Shown here: piece by piece, positions 9,006 through 19,219 of the stretch
Position numbering within the stretch: position 1 is the stretch's first letter
Layout: each line of letters starts with the position of its first letter
DNA from: Deltaproteobacteria bacterium
Lineage (GTDB): Bacteria; SAR324; NAC60-12
Direction: 5' to 3'
Assembly (NCBI GenBank): GCA_038150265.1
Contig: JAYOTF010000003.1
Span: forward strand, 64,001-128,000
DNA length: 64,000 nucleotides
The notes under the pieces: model-generated
The model's database searches: none
Told to the model about the DNA's origin: nothing
Seen by the model: only the letters and a program-made list of their open reading frames with translations
Position numbers and translations under genes: made by a program

Positions 9006-10496
9006 TCAGCAGCGGATCTTCCGGACGGTGATGCCGTATTTTTCAATCCGGTACCGCAGCTGACGAAGCGAAATGCCGAGCTGCTTTGCGGCCCGCTGCT
9101 GCACCCCTCGGCAGTCTCGCAAGGCTCCTTCAATGGCCCGCACCTCCTCTTCTTCAAGGCTCAGGGCCGTCTGAGGCTTCATCAGCTTTTCCTCGTGACG
9201 CTCCAGCAACTGCACCGAATTCTGATGCGTCGCCAGCATGGTCCGGATCGCCAGTCGGTTGTTCTCAGCCATCAAGAAGGCGGACTGCACCACATTCTGC
9301 AACTCCCGGATGTTCCCGGGCCAGTCATGCTGCTCCAGCAACCGTAGCTCTTCTTCCGGACACAGCACCTGCTGACCATACTCGGCATTGAAGTCGGCCA
9401 GAAACTTCCGGACCAGCAACGGGATATCGTCCTTGCGCTTCCGGAGCGGCACCAGCTCCAGCGGCACCACGTTGATGCGGTAGAAGAGGTCTTCCCGGAA
9501 GGTGCCCTGCGCAATGGCCGTTTCCAGGGGGGCATTCGTGGCACACACCACCCGGACGTCGACCGTCACCGTTTCTTCGCCGCCGAGTCGCTCAAAGGTG
9601 CCTTCCTGCAGCACCCGGAGGAGCTTCGCCTGCAGTTCCAGGGAGGTGTTGCCCACCTCATCCAGAAAGAGGGTTCCCCCATCTGCCAGCTCAAACCAGC
9701 CTCGTCGGCGTCCGGTTGCTCCGGTGAACGCCCCCTTCTCGTGTCCGAACAGTTCGCTCTCCAGCAGCGTGTTGCTGAGGGCGCCGCAGTTGACCACCTT
9801 GAATGGAGCATTGCGGCGCAGGCTGTGGCGGTGGATGGCATTGGCAAAGAGCTCCTTGCCGGTTCCGCTCTCTCCACGCAGCAGCACCGTTGCTCGACTT
9901 GGGGAAATGCGCCGGACCATTTCCGCCAGCCGGATCATCTGGCTGTTGCCCGACACCACCCCTTCCAGCACTTCCGGGACATCAGGCTCTTCGACCTCGC
10001 GGATGACGCGTCCCCGGAGGCCATAGGCCTTCAGCGAGAGGGTGATCATGCCCGCCAGAAGCCGGAGCGCCTGCACCGTCGCCGAAGGAGACTGCGGCTC
10101 CAGCCAGCCGCACAGCATGCCCTGCGGAAGCTCGTTTCCGCCCCGCAACGGGAAGGAGTAGAACATGCGCCCCGGTCGCATCAAGGGCGCCTCAAAGGGA
10201 AGAATCGTCGCATTGACCTCGTGAGGAGCCAGGAGGAGTTCGTGGTGCAACGACTCCAGGAAGTCCTTGCGCTGCTTCTTCCAGAGGCGGTTCTGCGCCG
10301 CCTTTTCTTCTTCGGAAATGGATGGGGCCAGCTCAATGAAGTACCGCTGGGTCACCGAGTCGCTGAGCAGCAGCAGTGGGTTTTCCACCAGCCCTGCGTC
10401 CTGAATCAGACACAGCAGGGTGTTGAGGCTGCGGGTCAGGTTTTGGGAGTGAATGAGGAGCCGGGAGGCCTGTTCCAGTAATTCTAGGGCACGCAT
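9006..10496 (-). CDS. Sigma-54-dependent enhancer-binding protein (NifA-like: GAF-like, AAA+, Fis HTH)
   Basis: GESGTGKE, ESELFGHEKGAFTGA, GGTLFLDE, FREDLFYRINV, WPGNIRELQN, C-terminal HTH AAKQLGISLRQLRYRI. Confidence 0.92.
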   Translation of the reverse strand: MRALELLEQASRLLIHSQNLTRSLNTLLCLIQDAGLVENPLLLLSDSVTQRYFIELAPSISEEEKAAQNRLWKKQRKDFLESLHHELLLAPHEVNATILPFEAPLMRPGRMFYSFPLRGGNELPQGMLCGWLEPQSPSATVQALRLLAGMITLSLKAYGLRGRVIREVEEPDVPEVLEGVVSGNSQMIRLAEMVRRISPSRATVLLRGESGTGKELFANAIHRHSLRRNAPFKVVNCGALSNTLLESELFGHEKGAFTGATGRRRGWFELADGGTLFLDEVGNTSLELQAKLLRVLQEGTFERLGGEETVTVDVRVVCATNAPLETAIAQGTFREDLFYRINVVPLELVPLRKRKDDIPLLVRKFLADFNAEYGQQVLCPEEELRLLEQHDWPGNIRELQNVVQSAFLMAENNRLAIRTMLATHQNSVQLLERHEEKLMKPQTALSLEEEEVRAIEGALRDCRGVQQRAAKQLGISLRQLRYRIEKYGITVRKIRC

Positions 10497-10533
10497 GAGG
10501 TGGAGCAGTGTCAGGTTTCGTTCCCTTCCTGCT

Positions 10534-10548
10534 TCAAGCGTTATGCCA
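10534..10548 (-). promoter_or_regulatory. Candidate sigma-54 (-24/-12) promoter of the enhancer-binding protein gene
   Basis: TGGCAT-AACGC-TTGA on the minus strand, about 40 nt upstream of ATG 10496. GG-N10 spacing is correct, but -12 reads GA rather than GC. Confidence 0.45.
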
Positions 10549-10693
10549 TTTTTTTCCTCAAAAAAATGAGGGGTTTACCAGATTTTCCAGGATCAGCGGG
10601 TGGTTAGGAAAGCGGCACACTGCTCAAGAAACAGGCAGCCTGGCCGCTTCATCTGACACAGGCAGCGGACCCCACAGAGCCCGCCGCAGAGGA

Positions 10694-12091
10694 TCAGGGG
10701 ATCGTCCGGATCTGCATCGAGTTGACGTACCCTTCCGGAGTCAGGCTATCTGCAAAGATGATCACCTTGTCGCCCGGAACAAAGTGTTCGCTCAGCTTGA
10801 GGCGCATCAGGGCCGCCTGAATGTTGTCCTCCGGATTCTCGGAAAACTCATCCAGCAGGAAGGGGAGGACGCCTCGGTTGAAGACCATGCCCCGGTACGT
10901 CTGTTCGTTGTTGGTGAAGGCATAAATGCCAATGTCTCGGGGACGCCAATTCGAGACGTACATGGCGCCTCGGCCGTAGCGGGTGAGGACCACAATGCCC
11001 TTCATGCGCAGGTTCGAGGCAATGTTGGCGACGGCTTCCGCCAGGTGCTGACGATTGCTCGTCTTGAACTGCTTGTCCGTGAAGCGCACCCCCGGAAACT
11101 GTTCCGTCCGGCGGGCCACACGGGCCAGGGTTTCCACACAGCGGACCGGGTGCTTCCCGGTTGAGGTCTCCCCGGAGAGCATGATCGCATCAGCCTGCTC
11201 ATAAACCGCGTTGGCAATGTCCGTCACCTCCGCTCGGGTGGGCACCGGGTTCTCGATCATCGACTCCAGCATCTGCGTGGCGACCACGAGGCGTTTGCCG
11301 TAAATGGCACACAGGTACGCGATGCGGCGCTGAATCTGGGGCAACTCCTCCATGTCGATCTCAATCCCAAGGTCTCCGCGGGCCACCATGATGCCGTCAG
11401 CTTCCTGAACAATGCTCTCCAGGTTGTCCACGCCTTCCTGATTTTCGATCTTGGCGATGATCCGGATGTGCTTCCCGGCTTCGCCCAGCAGCTCCCGGAC
11501 TTCCTGGATCGCCTCCTTGTTCCGCACAAACGACAGGGCAATCGCATCCACCTCCTGCTCGAGCCCGAAGAGGATGTCCCGCTTGTCGGTCTCGGTGATC
11601 GACGGCAGCTTGACGGAGACACCAGGCAGGTTGATGTGGCGCCGGGACTTCAGGTAGCCCGGATCCAGCACCTCGCAGTCGATGTAGTCCTCTCCCTTGG
11701 CCGCGACCCGGAGCTTCACCAGCCCGCTGTCCACAGCAATCGTTCCGCCGATCTCCACCTGCTCCACCAGGTAGGGGTAGTTGACGAACAGCTCGCCGTC
11801 CCGCTCTTCATGAGGAGGCATGGTCACCCGGACGGTATCGCCGCAGTGCAGTTCCACCTCCTTGGAACCCGTCCGGATCTCGGGTCCCTGGGTGTCCAGC
11901 AAAATGGCAATGGGGTAGTTCAGGGTCTTGTTCAGCTCCTTGATGCGCCCAATGATGGCTCCGTGGGACTCGTGGGTGCCATGGGAAAAGTTCAGACGCG
12001 CGACGCTCATGCCCGCTTGGGCCATCCGCTCCAGCATTTCATAGGAGTGGCTGGCGGGCCCGATGGTGCAGATGATTTTGGTATTCAGCAT
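10694..12091 (-). CDS. pyk: Pyruvate kinase
   Basis: TKIICTIGPAS, ARLNFSHG, LDTQGPEIRT, IIAKIEN, GIMVARGDLG, ATQMLESM, MLSGET. Confidence 0.97.
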   Translation of the reverse strand: MLNTKIICTIGPASHSYEMLERMAQAGMSVARLNFSHGTHESHGAIIGRIKELNKTLNYPIAILLDTQGPEIRTGSKEVELHCGDTVRVTMPPHEERDGELFVNYPYLVEQVEIGGTIAVDSGLVKLRVAAKGEDYIDCEVLDPGYLKSRRHINLPGVSVKLPSITETDKRDILFGLEQEVDAIALSFVRNKEAIQEVRELLGEAGKHIRIIAKIENQEGVDNLESIVQEADGIMVARGDLGIEIDMEELPQIQRRIAYLCAIYGKRLVVATQMLESMIENPVPTRAEVTDIANAVYEQADAIMLSGETSTGKHPVRCVETLARVARRTEQFPGVRFTDKQFKTSNRQHLAEAVANIASNLRMKGIVVLTRYGRGAMYVSNWRPRDIGIYAFTNNEQTYRGMVFNRGVLPFLLDEFSENPEDNIQAALMRLKLSEHFVPGDKVIIFADSLTPEGYVNSMQIRTIP

Positions 12092-12238
12092 GTTTGGGAT
12101 GTGGTGTATTTGGAACCATTACAGCAAGTTGCAGCTTGCCCTCGCTCTCAAAAACATCCAGCATACACTGTTCCGTTAAAAACGCACTTCTCAATCGTGG
12201 GTTTGTTCCTCTGCCCACCCGACTCTCCCCTGCTGAAG

Positions 12239-12850
12239 ATGATTGCCTACCTCGAAGGCTCCGTGCTCCGTGTTGCTGCTGATGGGCTGGTGCTGAAAAC
12301 CACGGGCGGCGTGGGCTATGCGGTGCACGTTCCTCAAAACCTGCTGACGTCTCTCCGTCCGGAGGAGGAGCTGACCCTGCACGTGTACACCCAGGTCCGA
12401 GAGGATGAGCTCACCCTCTACGGGTTTGGCCACCCGGATGAGCGGACGCTCTTCGAGATGCTCATCAAGACCTCCGGGGTGGGGCCCAAGATGGCGCTGG
12501 CGACTCTCTCCACGCTGGCGCCCCCGGACCTCGTCGCTGCTGTGGAGCGAGGCGATGCCGAAGCCTTCAGCCGGGTTCCCGGCATTGGAAAGAAAACCGC
12601 GGCCAAGCTCTGCCTCGACATGCGGGACCAGCTCAAGAAGCACCCGCTGCCCAACCTGACTTCCGGAGCCAGCGCAGACTTTGTGCTTCCCGGCGCCAAT
12701 GACACCGACGGCGACGGTGTGCTGTCCGCTCTGAAGAACATGGGGTTTGCCGAGCGGGAGGTGGGGCCCATCCTCCGTCAGTTGGATCCGGAGGGATCGT
12801 TTGAGGAACGCTTCAAGAAAGCGCTTTCCTTGTTGAATCCTCTGCGTTAA
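12239..12850 (+). CDS. ruvA: Holliday junction branch migration protein RuvA
   Basis: MIAYLEG..GGVGY..QVRED..LYGF..SGVGPKMAL..VPGIGKKTA. The real start is internal to track ORF 11468..12850. Confidence 0.95.
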   Translation: MIAYLEGSVLRVAADGLVLKTTGGVGYAVHVPQNLLTSLRPEEELTLHVYTQVREDELTLYGFGHPDERTLFEMLIKTSGVGPKMALATLSTLAPPDLVAAVERGDAEAFSRVPGIGKKTAAKLCLDMRDQLKKHPLPNLTSGASADFVLPGANDTDGDGVLSALKNMGFAEREVGPILRQLDPEGSFEERFKKALSLLNPLR

Positions 12851-12895
12851 AAAGGGGCCGACTCCACTTTTTAACCTCCTAACCAACGAGACACC

Positions 12896-13363
12896 ATGGC
12901 CAGCCTCAACAAAGTAATGCTGATCGGCAACCTCGGACGTGACCCAGAAATCCGCTACACCCAGAGCGGCAGTGCCGTGGCCAATTTTTCCATTGCCACC
13001 ACCGACCGTTGGACCGACAAGAGCGGACAGCTGCAGGAGCGCACCGAGTGGCACAACATTGTGCTCTTCGACCGCCTCGCGGACCTTGCCCAGTCGTACC
13101 TGAAGAAGGGGTCTCAGGTCTTCATTGAAGGCAAGCTGCAGACCCGCAACTGGGACGATCAGCAAGGCGTCAAGCACTACCGGACCGAAGTGGTGGGCAA
13201 CATCATGCAGTTCCTCGACCGGCGTCCCACGCAGGGAGCGGGTTCCTCTGAAGAAGCAGCTCCGGCTGCCAGCGCGCCCGCCCGTTCCCAGCCCCAGGCC
13301 ACTGAAGCGGTCTCCGATCCGGGCCCCAGCGAAGAGTACATCAAGGACGACATCCCGTTCTGA
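12896..13363 (+). CDS. ssb: Single-stranded DNA-binding protein
   Basis: [24 protein letters not shown]-terminal DDIPF. Confidence 0.97.
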   Translation: MASLNKVMLIGNLGRDPEIRYTQSGSAVANFSIATTDRWTDKSGQLQERTEWHNIVLFDRLADLAQSYLKKGSQVFIEGKLQTRNWDDQQGVKHYRTEVVGNIMQFLDRRPTQGAGSSEEAAPAASAPARSQPQATEAVSDPGPSEEYIKDDIPF

Positions 13364-13473
13364 GCCTCCCGTTCCACTTCCCCACCAGGCTCCGGAGGCG
13401 AGGCCTCCGCCCTGTTCTCTGCCGCCCTGCTCCGCTTGCGGGTCCGGACGGCCTCTGAACCGACTTCACGCGC

Positions 13474-16400
13474 ATGCGCCTCAAAAGCCTGAAGGCCTCT
13501 GGTTTCAAATCCTTCTGCCATCCGGTGGAGCTGGAGTTTCAGCAAAATGGGATCACCATTGTGGTGGGGCCCAATGGGTGCGGCAAGAGCAACGTCGTTG
13601 ATGCCATCCGCTGGGTGCTGGGCGAGCAGCGAGCACGCCACCTGCGAGGCGGCTCCATGGAAGACGTCATCTTTGCCGGAAGCGCTTTCCAGAAGCCCTC
13701 CGGCGTGGCAGAAGTCACCCTTACCTTCCTCAACCCTCAGGGCGATACCCTCCGCCAGTACCACGAGTACACCGAGATCGCTGTCACCCGACGCCTCTAC
13801 CGCAACGGCGAGAGTGCCTACCTCATCAACAAGACACCGGTGCGCCTCATGGACATCCGGGAGCTGTTCATGGACACGGGGGTCGGCGGCACCGGCTACT
13901 CCATTGTCGAGCAGGGCCGCGTCGGAGAAATGGTCAGCGCCAAGCCCTCGGAACGCCGCACCCTCATTGACGACGCTGCCGGCATCATCAAGTTCCGGAC
14001 CAAGCGTCAGACCGCTGAAAGGCGCCTGGAGGAAACCCAGCAGAACCTCCTGCGCGTCAATGACCTGCTGGGTGAACTCAAGGATCAGGAAGAAGCCCTG
14101 CGGGAGCAGGTAGAAAAGGCCCAGACCTACCTGGACCTGCAGAAACGGAGCGCGGAACTGGAGCTGCAGTACACCCTGCTCCAGTGGGCACAGGCACAGG
14201 AACAGGAGCAGGCAACCCAGCAGGCGCTGACTCACCTGCAGCAGCAGCAGCAGAGCCAGCAGACCGAAAAGGACGTCCTTGATGCCCGGCTTCAGCAGGT
14301 CAGCCTGGAGCAGGTTCAGCGCAGCACCCGACTCTCCGAAAAACGGGACGCGGTGCACCAGCAGGAACGCCGCATCCAGGAAGCAGAAAACCAGCGGGCA
14401 CTGGAACAGCAGAGCATCGCCAACCTCCGGGAGCAGCAGACCCAGCGTGAGACCGAACGCGAGGCCCTCCACCAGCGTCGGGAAGAGCTGGAAGCCGAAC
14501 ACCACCGGGCCCTTGCCCAAAGCGAACACCTGAGCGACCAGGAAGTTCAGCTCCGGGAAGAGATTGAGGCCGCCGAAGCAGCCCGGCTGAGCGAAAACCA
14601 GGCCCTCCAGGAGGCGCAGCGTCAGCTTCAGGCCGCCCAGCGGGAGCTGCTCCGCCTGCACACCGACCTCACCAACCAGACCAACCAGCGCGGCTTCCTG
14701 ACTGAACGGCTTGACCAGCTGGAGGGGCGCCGGATCCAGCTTCAGGCCCAGCAACAGACCGGCGAGGCCCTCTTCCTCAACCTCCAGCGCCAGCGCGATG
14801 AACAACGCGCCACCCTCGACGCTCAACAAACCCGGCAGGAGGCACTGGAGCTGCAGCGAGACGAACTGGACGCCCAGCTTCAGGAGCAGGCCACACAGGT
14901 TTCCAGTGCAGAAGCCCGGCTCCGGGACCTCCAGCAGCAAGAAGCCACCAAGCGCTCTCGCCTGCAGTCCCTTCAGCAGATTCAGCAGCAGCATGAAGGC
15001 TTTGGCGACAGCACCCGCGCCTTCCTCGACCTGCTGGAGCAGCATCCGGAACAGGCTGAGGCGCTCGGCGTGGTCGGTCTGCTCGCCGACACCGTGGAGG
15101 TTCCTCCGGACGCACTGGAGCAAGTCGCCCCCGTCTTGGCCGAGATGCTGGACTGGGTGCTGGTCCGCAGCACGGCTCACCTGCCGGAGCTGGAACGCTT
15201 CTGCCTGCAGCACCAGCTTGGGCGCCTGAATGTGGTGCCCCTGGACCTCCTTCCGCCTCCTTCAAACGAGCCGGGCCCCAGCCTCTGGAATCAATTGCAG
15301 TGTGCTGAATCCGTTCGGCCCTGGGCTGAGGCGTTCTTTGGAACCATCCACCCGACCACCTCCAGTTGGGCAGCGCTGCCCCAGGCGCTCCACTCGGCTG
15401 AACACTGGATCAATGACGCCGGAAGCTTCTGGTTTGCCAACAGCTTGCGCCTTGGCAAGCTTCAGGAAAGCGCCCTTGGGGTCCTCAAACGACAGCAAGA
15501 GGTTCGGGAACTCGAAGACGCCACCCAGCAGCTGGAAGCCGCAGTGGAGGCGCAGCGTCAAACCCTGGACACCCTTCAGGAACAACAGGAGCAACGGCTG
15601 GCACAGCGAGAGGAAATTCTGGGGCAACTCCGGACCCTGGAGCTGGATGGGCTGGCTTTCCGAAAGGAGCTGGAGCACACCGAGCTGGAGCTCCGTCGTG
15701 CTGAGCAGGCCCGTCAGACCGTGCAACAGGATCTCGAAAACCTGGCCCAAGAGGCTCAGGCTCTGCGGCAGCGGCAAGACGCCACCGAGGCGAAGCTGCA
15801 GGAGCTGGAAGCCGGACGGCAGCTCCGCGAAACGGAAGTCGAGCAGCAGCAGCAGCACATCGACCAGCAGGCTCAAAAGATGGAGGCCCTGGGGGAGAAC
15901 CTGACGGAAAAACGCGTCCGCCTCTCAGAGTTGCAGGAGCAGCTTCGGGGACTCAACGCCACCCAGCAGCGGGTGGAACGCGAGCAAGACACCACACGCT
16001 TGCGCCTCGAACACCTGCAGACGGCTCAGGCTCTGGAAGGGGAGAGGCTGGAGACCAGTCGCCAGCGCATCGAAGCCATTGACGCCAGCTTTGGGAGGCT
16101 CCTTCAGGAGCGCCAGACCCTTCAGGAAGAGCTGGCAGAAGAGTCTCGGCAGCATGCGGCCCAGGATGTTGTGCAGGAGGAACTCCGGAGCCAGCTCCGG
16201 AGCCAGCAAAGCCACCTGGAGGAAACCAGCCGCCAGTTCAATGCGGCTGCAATCAAGCTGACGGAATTCCGGATGCAGCGCACGCAGTGGGAAGAGAAGG
16301 TGGCGGAACTCAGTGACACCCCCCTGGAACAGCTACGCCAGGAGGTTCCGGACACCCCTGAGGACTTCCAGGAGACGAGCCGTGAAATCCGTTCCCTCCG

Positions 16401-17031
16401 AGCCCGGATGAATGCCATGGGCGCCGTCAACCTCACGGCTCCGGAAGAGCATGCCGCGCTGCTGGAGCGTCTCGGCTTCATTGCCACCCAGTCCGGAGAC
16501 CTGCAGCAGGCGGTGGAGGACCTCAAGTCAACCATCCACGACATCAACCGCGAGTCTCGCAAACGCTTCCGGGAGATGTTTGAGCAGATCAACCTCAAGT
16601 TCGGAGAGCTGTTTGCTTCCCTGTTCGGCGGAGGCGAGGCGCGCATGGTGCTGACTGATTCCGAAGACCTCCTGGAGGCCGGGGTGGAGATCGTGGCTCA
16701 GCCTCCGGGCAAGAAGCTGCAGAACCTGAACTTGCTTTCTGGTGGAGAAAAGGCCCTCACCGCCATCTCCCTCATCTTTGCCATTTTCCTCATCAAGCCG
16801 AGCCCGTTTTGTCTGCTCGATGAAGTCGATGCGCCGTTGGATGACGCCAATGTTTCCCGCTTCAATCAGCTCATCCGGAAGTTGACGGATAATGCGCAGT
16901 TCATCATAATTACTCACAATAAGAAAACGATGGAAATCGGCAATCGCCTGTATGGGATCACCATGGAAGAGCCCGGGATCTCCAAGACGGTGTCTGTTCG
17001 TTTTCAAGAGGCCGAACAACTGGTGAATTAG
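13474..17031 (+). CDS. smc: Chromosome segregation protein SMC
   Basis: GFKSF, Walker A GPNGCGKSN, long coiled coils around a hinge, LSGGEK signature, LLDEVDAPLD. Confidence 0.96.
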   Translation: MRLKSLKASGFKSFCHPVELEFQQNGITIVVGPNGCGKSNVVDAIRWVLGEQRARHLRGGSMEDVIFAGSAFQKPSGVAEVTLTFLNPQGDTLRQYHEYTEIAVTRRLYRNGESAYLINKTPVRLMDIRELFMDTGVGGTGYSIVEQGRVGEMVSAKPSERRTLIDDAAGIIKFRTKRQTAERRLEETQQNLLRVNDLLGELKDQEEALREQVEKAQTYLDLQKRSAELELQYTLLQWAQAQEQEQATQQALTHLQQQQQSQQTEKDVLDARLQQVSLEQVQRSTRLSEKRDAVHQQERRIQEAENQRALEQQSIANLREQQTQRETEREALHQRREELEAEHHRALAQSEHLSDQEVQLREEIEAAEAARLSENQALQEAQRQLQAAQRELLRLHTDLTNQTNQRGFLTERLDQLEGRRIQLQAQQQTGEALFLNLQRQRDEQRATLDAQQTRQEALELQRDELDAQLQEQATQVSSAEARLRDLQQQEATKRSRLQSLQQIQQQHEGFGDSTRAFLDLLEQHPEQAEALGVVGLLADTVEVPPDALEQVAPVLAEMLDWVLVRSTAHLPELERFCLQHQLGRLNVVPLDLLPPPSNEPGPSLWNQLQCAESVRPWAEAFFGTIHPTTSSWAALPQALHSAEHWINDAGSFWFANSLRLGKLQESALGVLKRQQEVRELEDATQQLEAAVEAQRQTLDTLQEQQEQRLAQREEILGQLRTLELDGLAFRKELEHTELELRRAEQARQTVQQDLENLAQEAQALRQRQDATEAKLQELEAGRQLRETEVEQQQQHIDQQAQKMEALGENLTEKRVRLSELQEQLRGLNATQQRVEREQDTTRLRLEHLQTAQALEGERLETSRQRIEAIDASFGRLLQERQTLQEELAEESRQHAAQDVVQEELRSQLRSQQSHLEETSRQFNAAAIKLTEFRMQRTQWEEKVAELSDTPLEQLRQEVPDTPEDFQETSREIRSLRARMNAMGAVNLTAPEEHAALLERLGFIATQSGDLQQAVEDLKSTIHDINRESRKRFREMFEQINLKFGELFASLFGGGEARMVLTDSEDLLEAGVEIVAQPPGKKLQNLNLLSGGEKALTAISLIFAIFLIKPSPFCLLDEVDAPLDDANVSRFNQLIRKLTDNAQFIIITHNKKTMEIGNRLYGITMEEPGISKTVSVRFQEAEQLVN

Positions 17032-17069
17032 CCGTTGCGGCGCTTTCTCTCTCAAGCAGTGACAGGATC

Positions 17070-18347
17070 ATGGACGTTAAGATTTACCAGGGATTTGAAG
17101 CCTTCCGCCAGGTTTTTGAAACCGAAAACACCTTTGATGTGTCCGATACGGTGCGGGACATCCTGAAAGCGGTCAAGCAGGACGGCGACACGGCAGTCCG
17201 GGCCTACACCGAGCGTTTCGACGGCGTGCACCTGGAAGAGCTGCGCGTGCCTCACGTCCAGATGCAGCAGGCCCTGGAAGCGTTGCCGACGGACCTCCGG
17301 GAGGTGTTGGAAGAAGCCGCGGCCAACATCCGGAGCTTCCATGAGCGACAGAAGCGCGAGAGCGAGCTGGAGTTTCACCCGGACGGCACCGTGCTGGGGT
17401 GGAAGGTCACCCCGGTTGACAGCGCCGGAGTCTACATTCCGGGCGGCCGGGCCGCGTATCCGTCTTCTTTGCTGATGAATGTCATTCCGGCCCAGGTGGC
17501 TGGGGTGCCGCGCATTGCGATGGTCTCGCCTCCGGGCAAGGAAAGCGGACTTCCTCACCCTCTGGTGATGGCCAGCGCGGCGCTGTGTGGGGTCGATGAG
17601 CTGTACGCCGTCGGGGGGGCGCAATCGGTGGGAGCCCTGGCGTACGGAACCGACTCCATTGCCCGGGTGGTCAAGATCACGGGTCCAGGAAACGCTTATG
17701 TCGCAGAAGCCAAGCGGCAGGTGTACGGGTTGGTAGGCATTGACTCCTTCGCTGGACCAAGCGAGATCCTCATTGTGTGCGATCGTGCCGACCTTTCCGT
17801 TGAGTACCTCGTCCGAGACCTGCTGTCTCAGGCGGAGCATGATCCGGAAGCCGGAGCCATCCTGGTCACCACTCACCCGGAACAGGCCGAAGCCGTTGCA
17901 GCGCGTCTCAAGGAGCTGGTCCCCACGCTGCCGCGCCGGGAAATCATTGAGGCGTCCTTCGCGTCACGTTCCGCTCTGATTGTGGTGCCTAGCCTGGATG
18001 AGGCCTTTGAGGCGCTCAACGAGCTGGCGCCGGAACATCTGGAGGTCCTCACTCAGAACCCGATGGAAGACCTCCACCGCATCCGCAATGCTGGCGCCAT
18101 TTTTCTCGGACCCCACACTCCCGAGCCGGTGGGAGACTACTTTGCCGGTCCCAACCACACCCTGCCGACTTCCGGATGTGCCAAGTTTTCTTCCCCACTG
18201 GGGGTGGAGGACTTTGTCAAGACCAGCTCGATCCTTAGCTACTCGCCAGAGCGTCTGCGCCAGCAGGGCCCCGCGATCATGCGTTTTGCCGAAGAAGAGG
18301 AGCTGTTTGCGCACGCGGCAGCCATCCGAGCCCGGCTGGAGTCCTGA
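17070..18347 (+). CDS. hisD: Histidinol dehydrogenase
   Basis: GVYIPGGRAAYPSS, GGAQSVGALAYG, AGPSEILI, SQAEHD, APEHLE, GPNHTLPT. Confidence 0.95.
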   Translation: MDVKIYQGFEAFRQVFETENTFDVSDTVRDILKAVKQDGDTAVRAYTERFDGVHLEELRVPHVQMQQALEALPTDLREVLEEAAANIRSFHERQKRESELEFHPDGTVLGWKVTPVDSAGVYIPGGRAAYPSSLLMNVIPAQVAGVPRIAMVSPPGKESGLPHPLVMASAALCGVDELYAVGGAQSVGALAYGTDSIARVVKITGPGNAYVAEAKRQVYGLVGIDSFAGPSEILIVCDRADLSVEYLVRDLLSQAEHDPEAGAILVTTHPEQAEAVAARLKELVPTLPRREIIEASFASRSALIVVPSLDEAFEALNELAPEHLEVLTQNPMEDLHRIRNAGAIFLGPHTPEPVGDYFAGPNHTLPTSGCAKFSSPLGVEDFVKTSSILSYSPERLRQQGPAIMRFAEEEELFAHAAAIRARLES

Positions 18348-18509
18348 TCACTTCCGGAAAAATCGAGGCTTCTTTTTTGTCCGTAGCCATACGTAGGCGT
18401 TTTTGCGCATAGGCATCTGAGCCTCCGCGGTTATCCTGTGGGCAACTTCATTGGTGCTCCCCCCACTGATGAATGAACCCCCGTTTTCGGGATTTCAGCA
18501 AGGAGTCTT

Positions 18510-19148
18510 ATGGAACGTTTCAAGAAGCTCGGACAACTGATTGCGGTGATTGGATTTGCCTTTGTGATTGGGGCCGTTTTTGCGTACACCAAGATCCAAG
18601 AAGGTTATCAGTCCCTGCAATCTTTTAGCGCCGCACAAAACGTCACGCTGTCCTACAATGGCCAGGGTGAGTTAATTGATCGCGGAAAAACCGAAGGGGC
18701 TCAGGCGATCATGAAGCTGCTGACAGAAGATTGGGGTTATCCCGTCGTGGCATCCGAGTTTGATCCCAAGGATCCGCTGGTCAACACCGCTTCAGAGTAC
18801 ATGTACCAAATGGCCACCATTGGCTACCACGTGCTGCATGGAACTCAGACGATCACGCTGCCCAAGGACATGGAGTATAAAGGGAAGGTTTATCCTGCTG
18901 GCGTGCACAAGTTTCCGGTGGAAGGGCGATACTGGACCGGGTTTGACCGCATGCACCCGCTGGAAGGCCGGGCTCGGGAAATGGCCTGGTCTGGAACGGC
19001 TCACGGCCTGATTGCCGAGTTGGGTGTGGGAACCGTCACCGCCTCCACCCTGCAGTTGGGGTTGGCGGTTGCCGGATTGATGGCAGGCATCGGAGGAACC
19101 CTGATGGTGCTGGGATTCGGCCTCTCTTGGGCCAGTCAGAAGCCGTAA
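18510..19148 (+). CDS. Hypothetical membrane protein (N- and C-terminal TM helices)
   Basis: AAGGAG RBS, 212-aa ORF with two hydrophobic segments, no motif I recognise. Confidence 0.75.
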   Translation: MERFKKLGQLIAVIGFAFVIGAVFAYTKIQEGYQSLQSFSAAQNVTLSYNGQGELIDRGKTEGAQAIMKLLTEDWGYPVVASEFDPKDPLVNTASEYMYQMATIGYHVLHGTQTITLPKDMEYKGKVYPAGVHKFPVEGRYWTGFDRMHPLEGRAREMAWSGTAHGLIAELGVGTVTASTLQLGLAVAGLMAGIGGTLMVLGFGLSWASQKP

Positions 19149-19174
19149 CCTCTCCCCCTGAACCCTCCTTCTTC

Positions 19175-19208
19175 AAAGCCTCGCTCTCGCCCTGAGAACG
19201 AGGCTTTT
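19175..19208. terminator. Probable bidirectional intrinsic terminator between convergent genes
   Basis: AAAGCCTCG...CGAGGCTTTT inverted repeat with A/T tails. Confidence 0.65.
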
Positions 19209-19219
19209 CTGCATCTCTC

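Noticed and set aside
13177..15213. 678-aa antisense ORF, and similar ones at 46167..48602, 40567..42189, 23464..25128, 20420..21994 and 54022..55530
   Set aside because: Shadow ORFs opposite well-supported genes in high-GC DNA, with no recognisable motifs.
14100..16400. CAG-rich repetitive sequence
   Set aside because: It encodes the Gln/Glu/Leu-rich SMC coiled coils.
18348..18509. Two hairpins upstream of the hypothetical membrane gene as a riboswitch
   Set aside because: No recognisable aptamer consensus.
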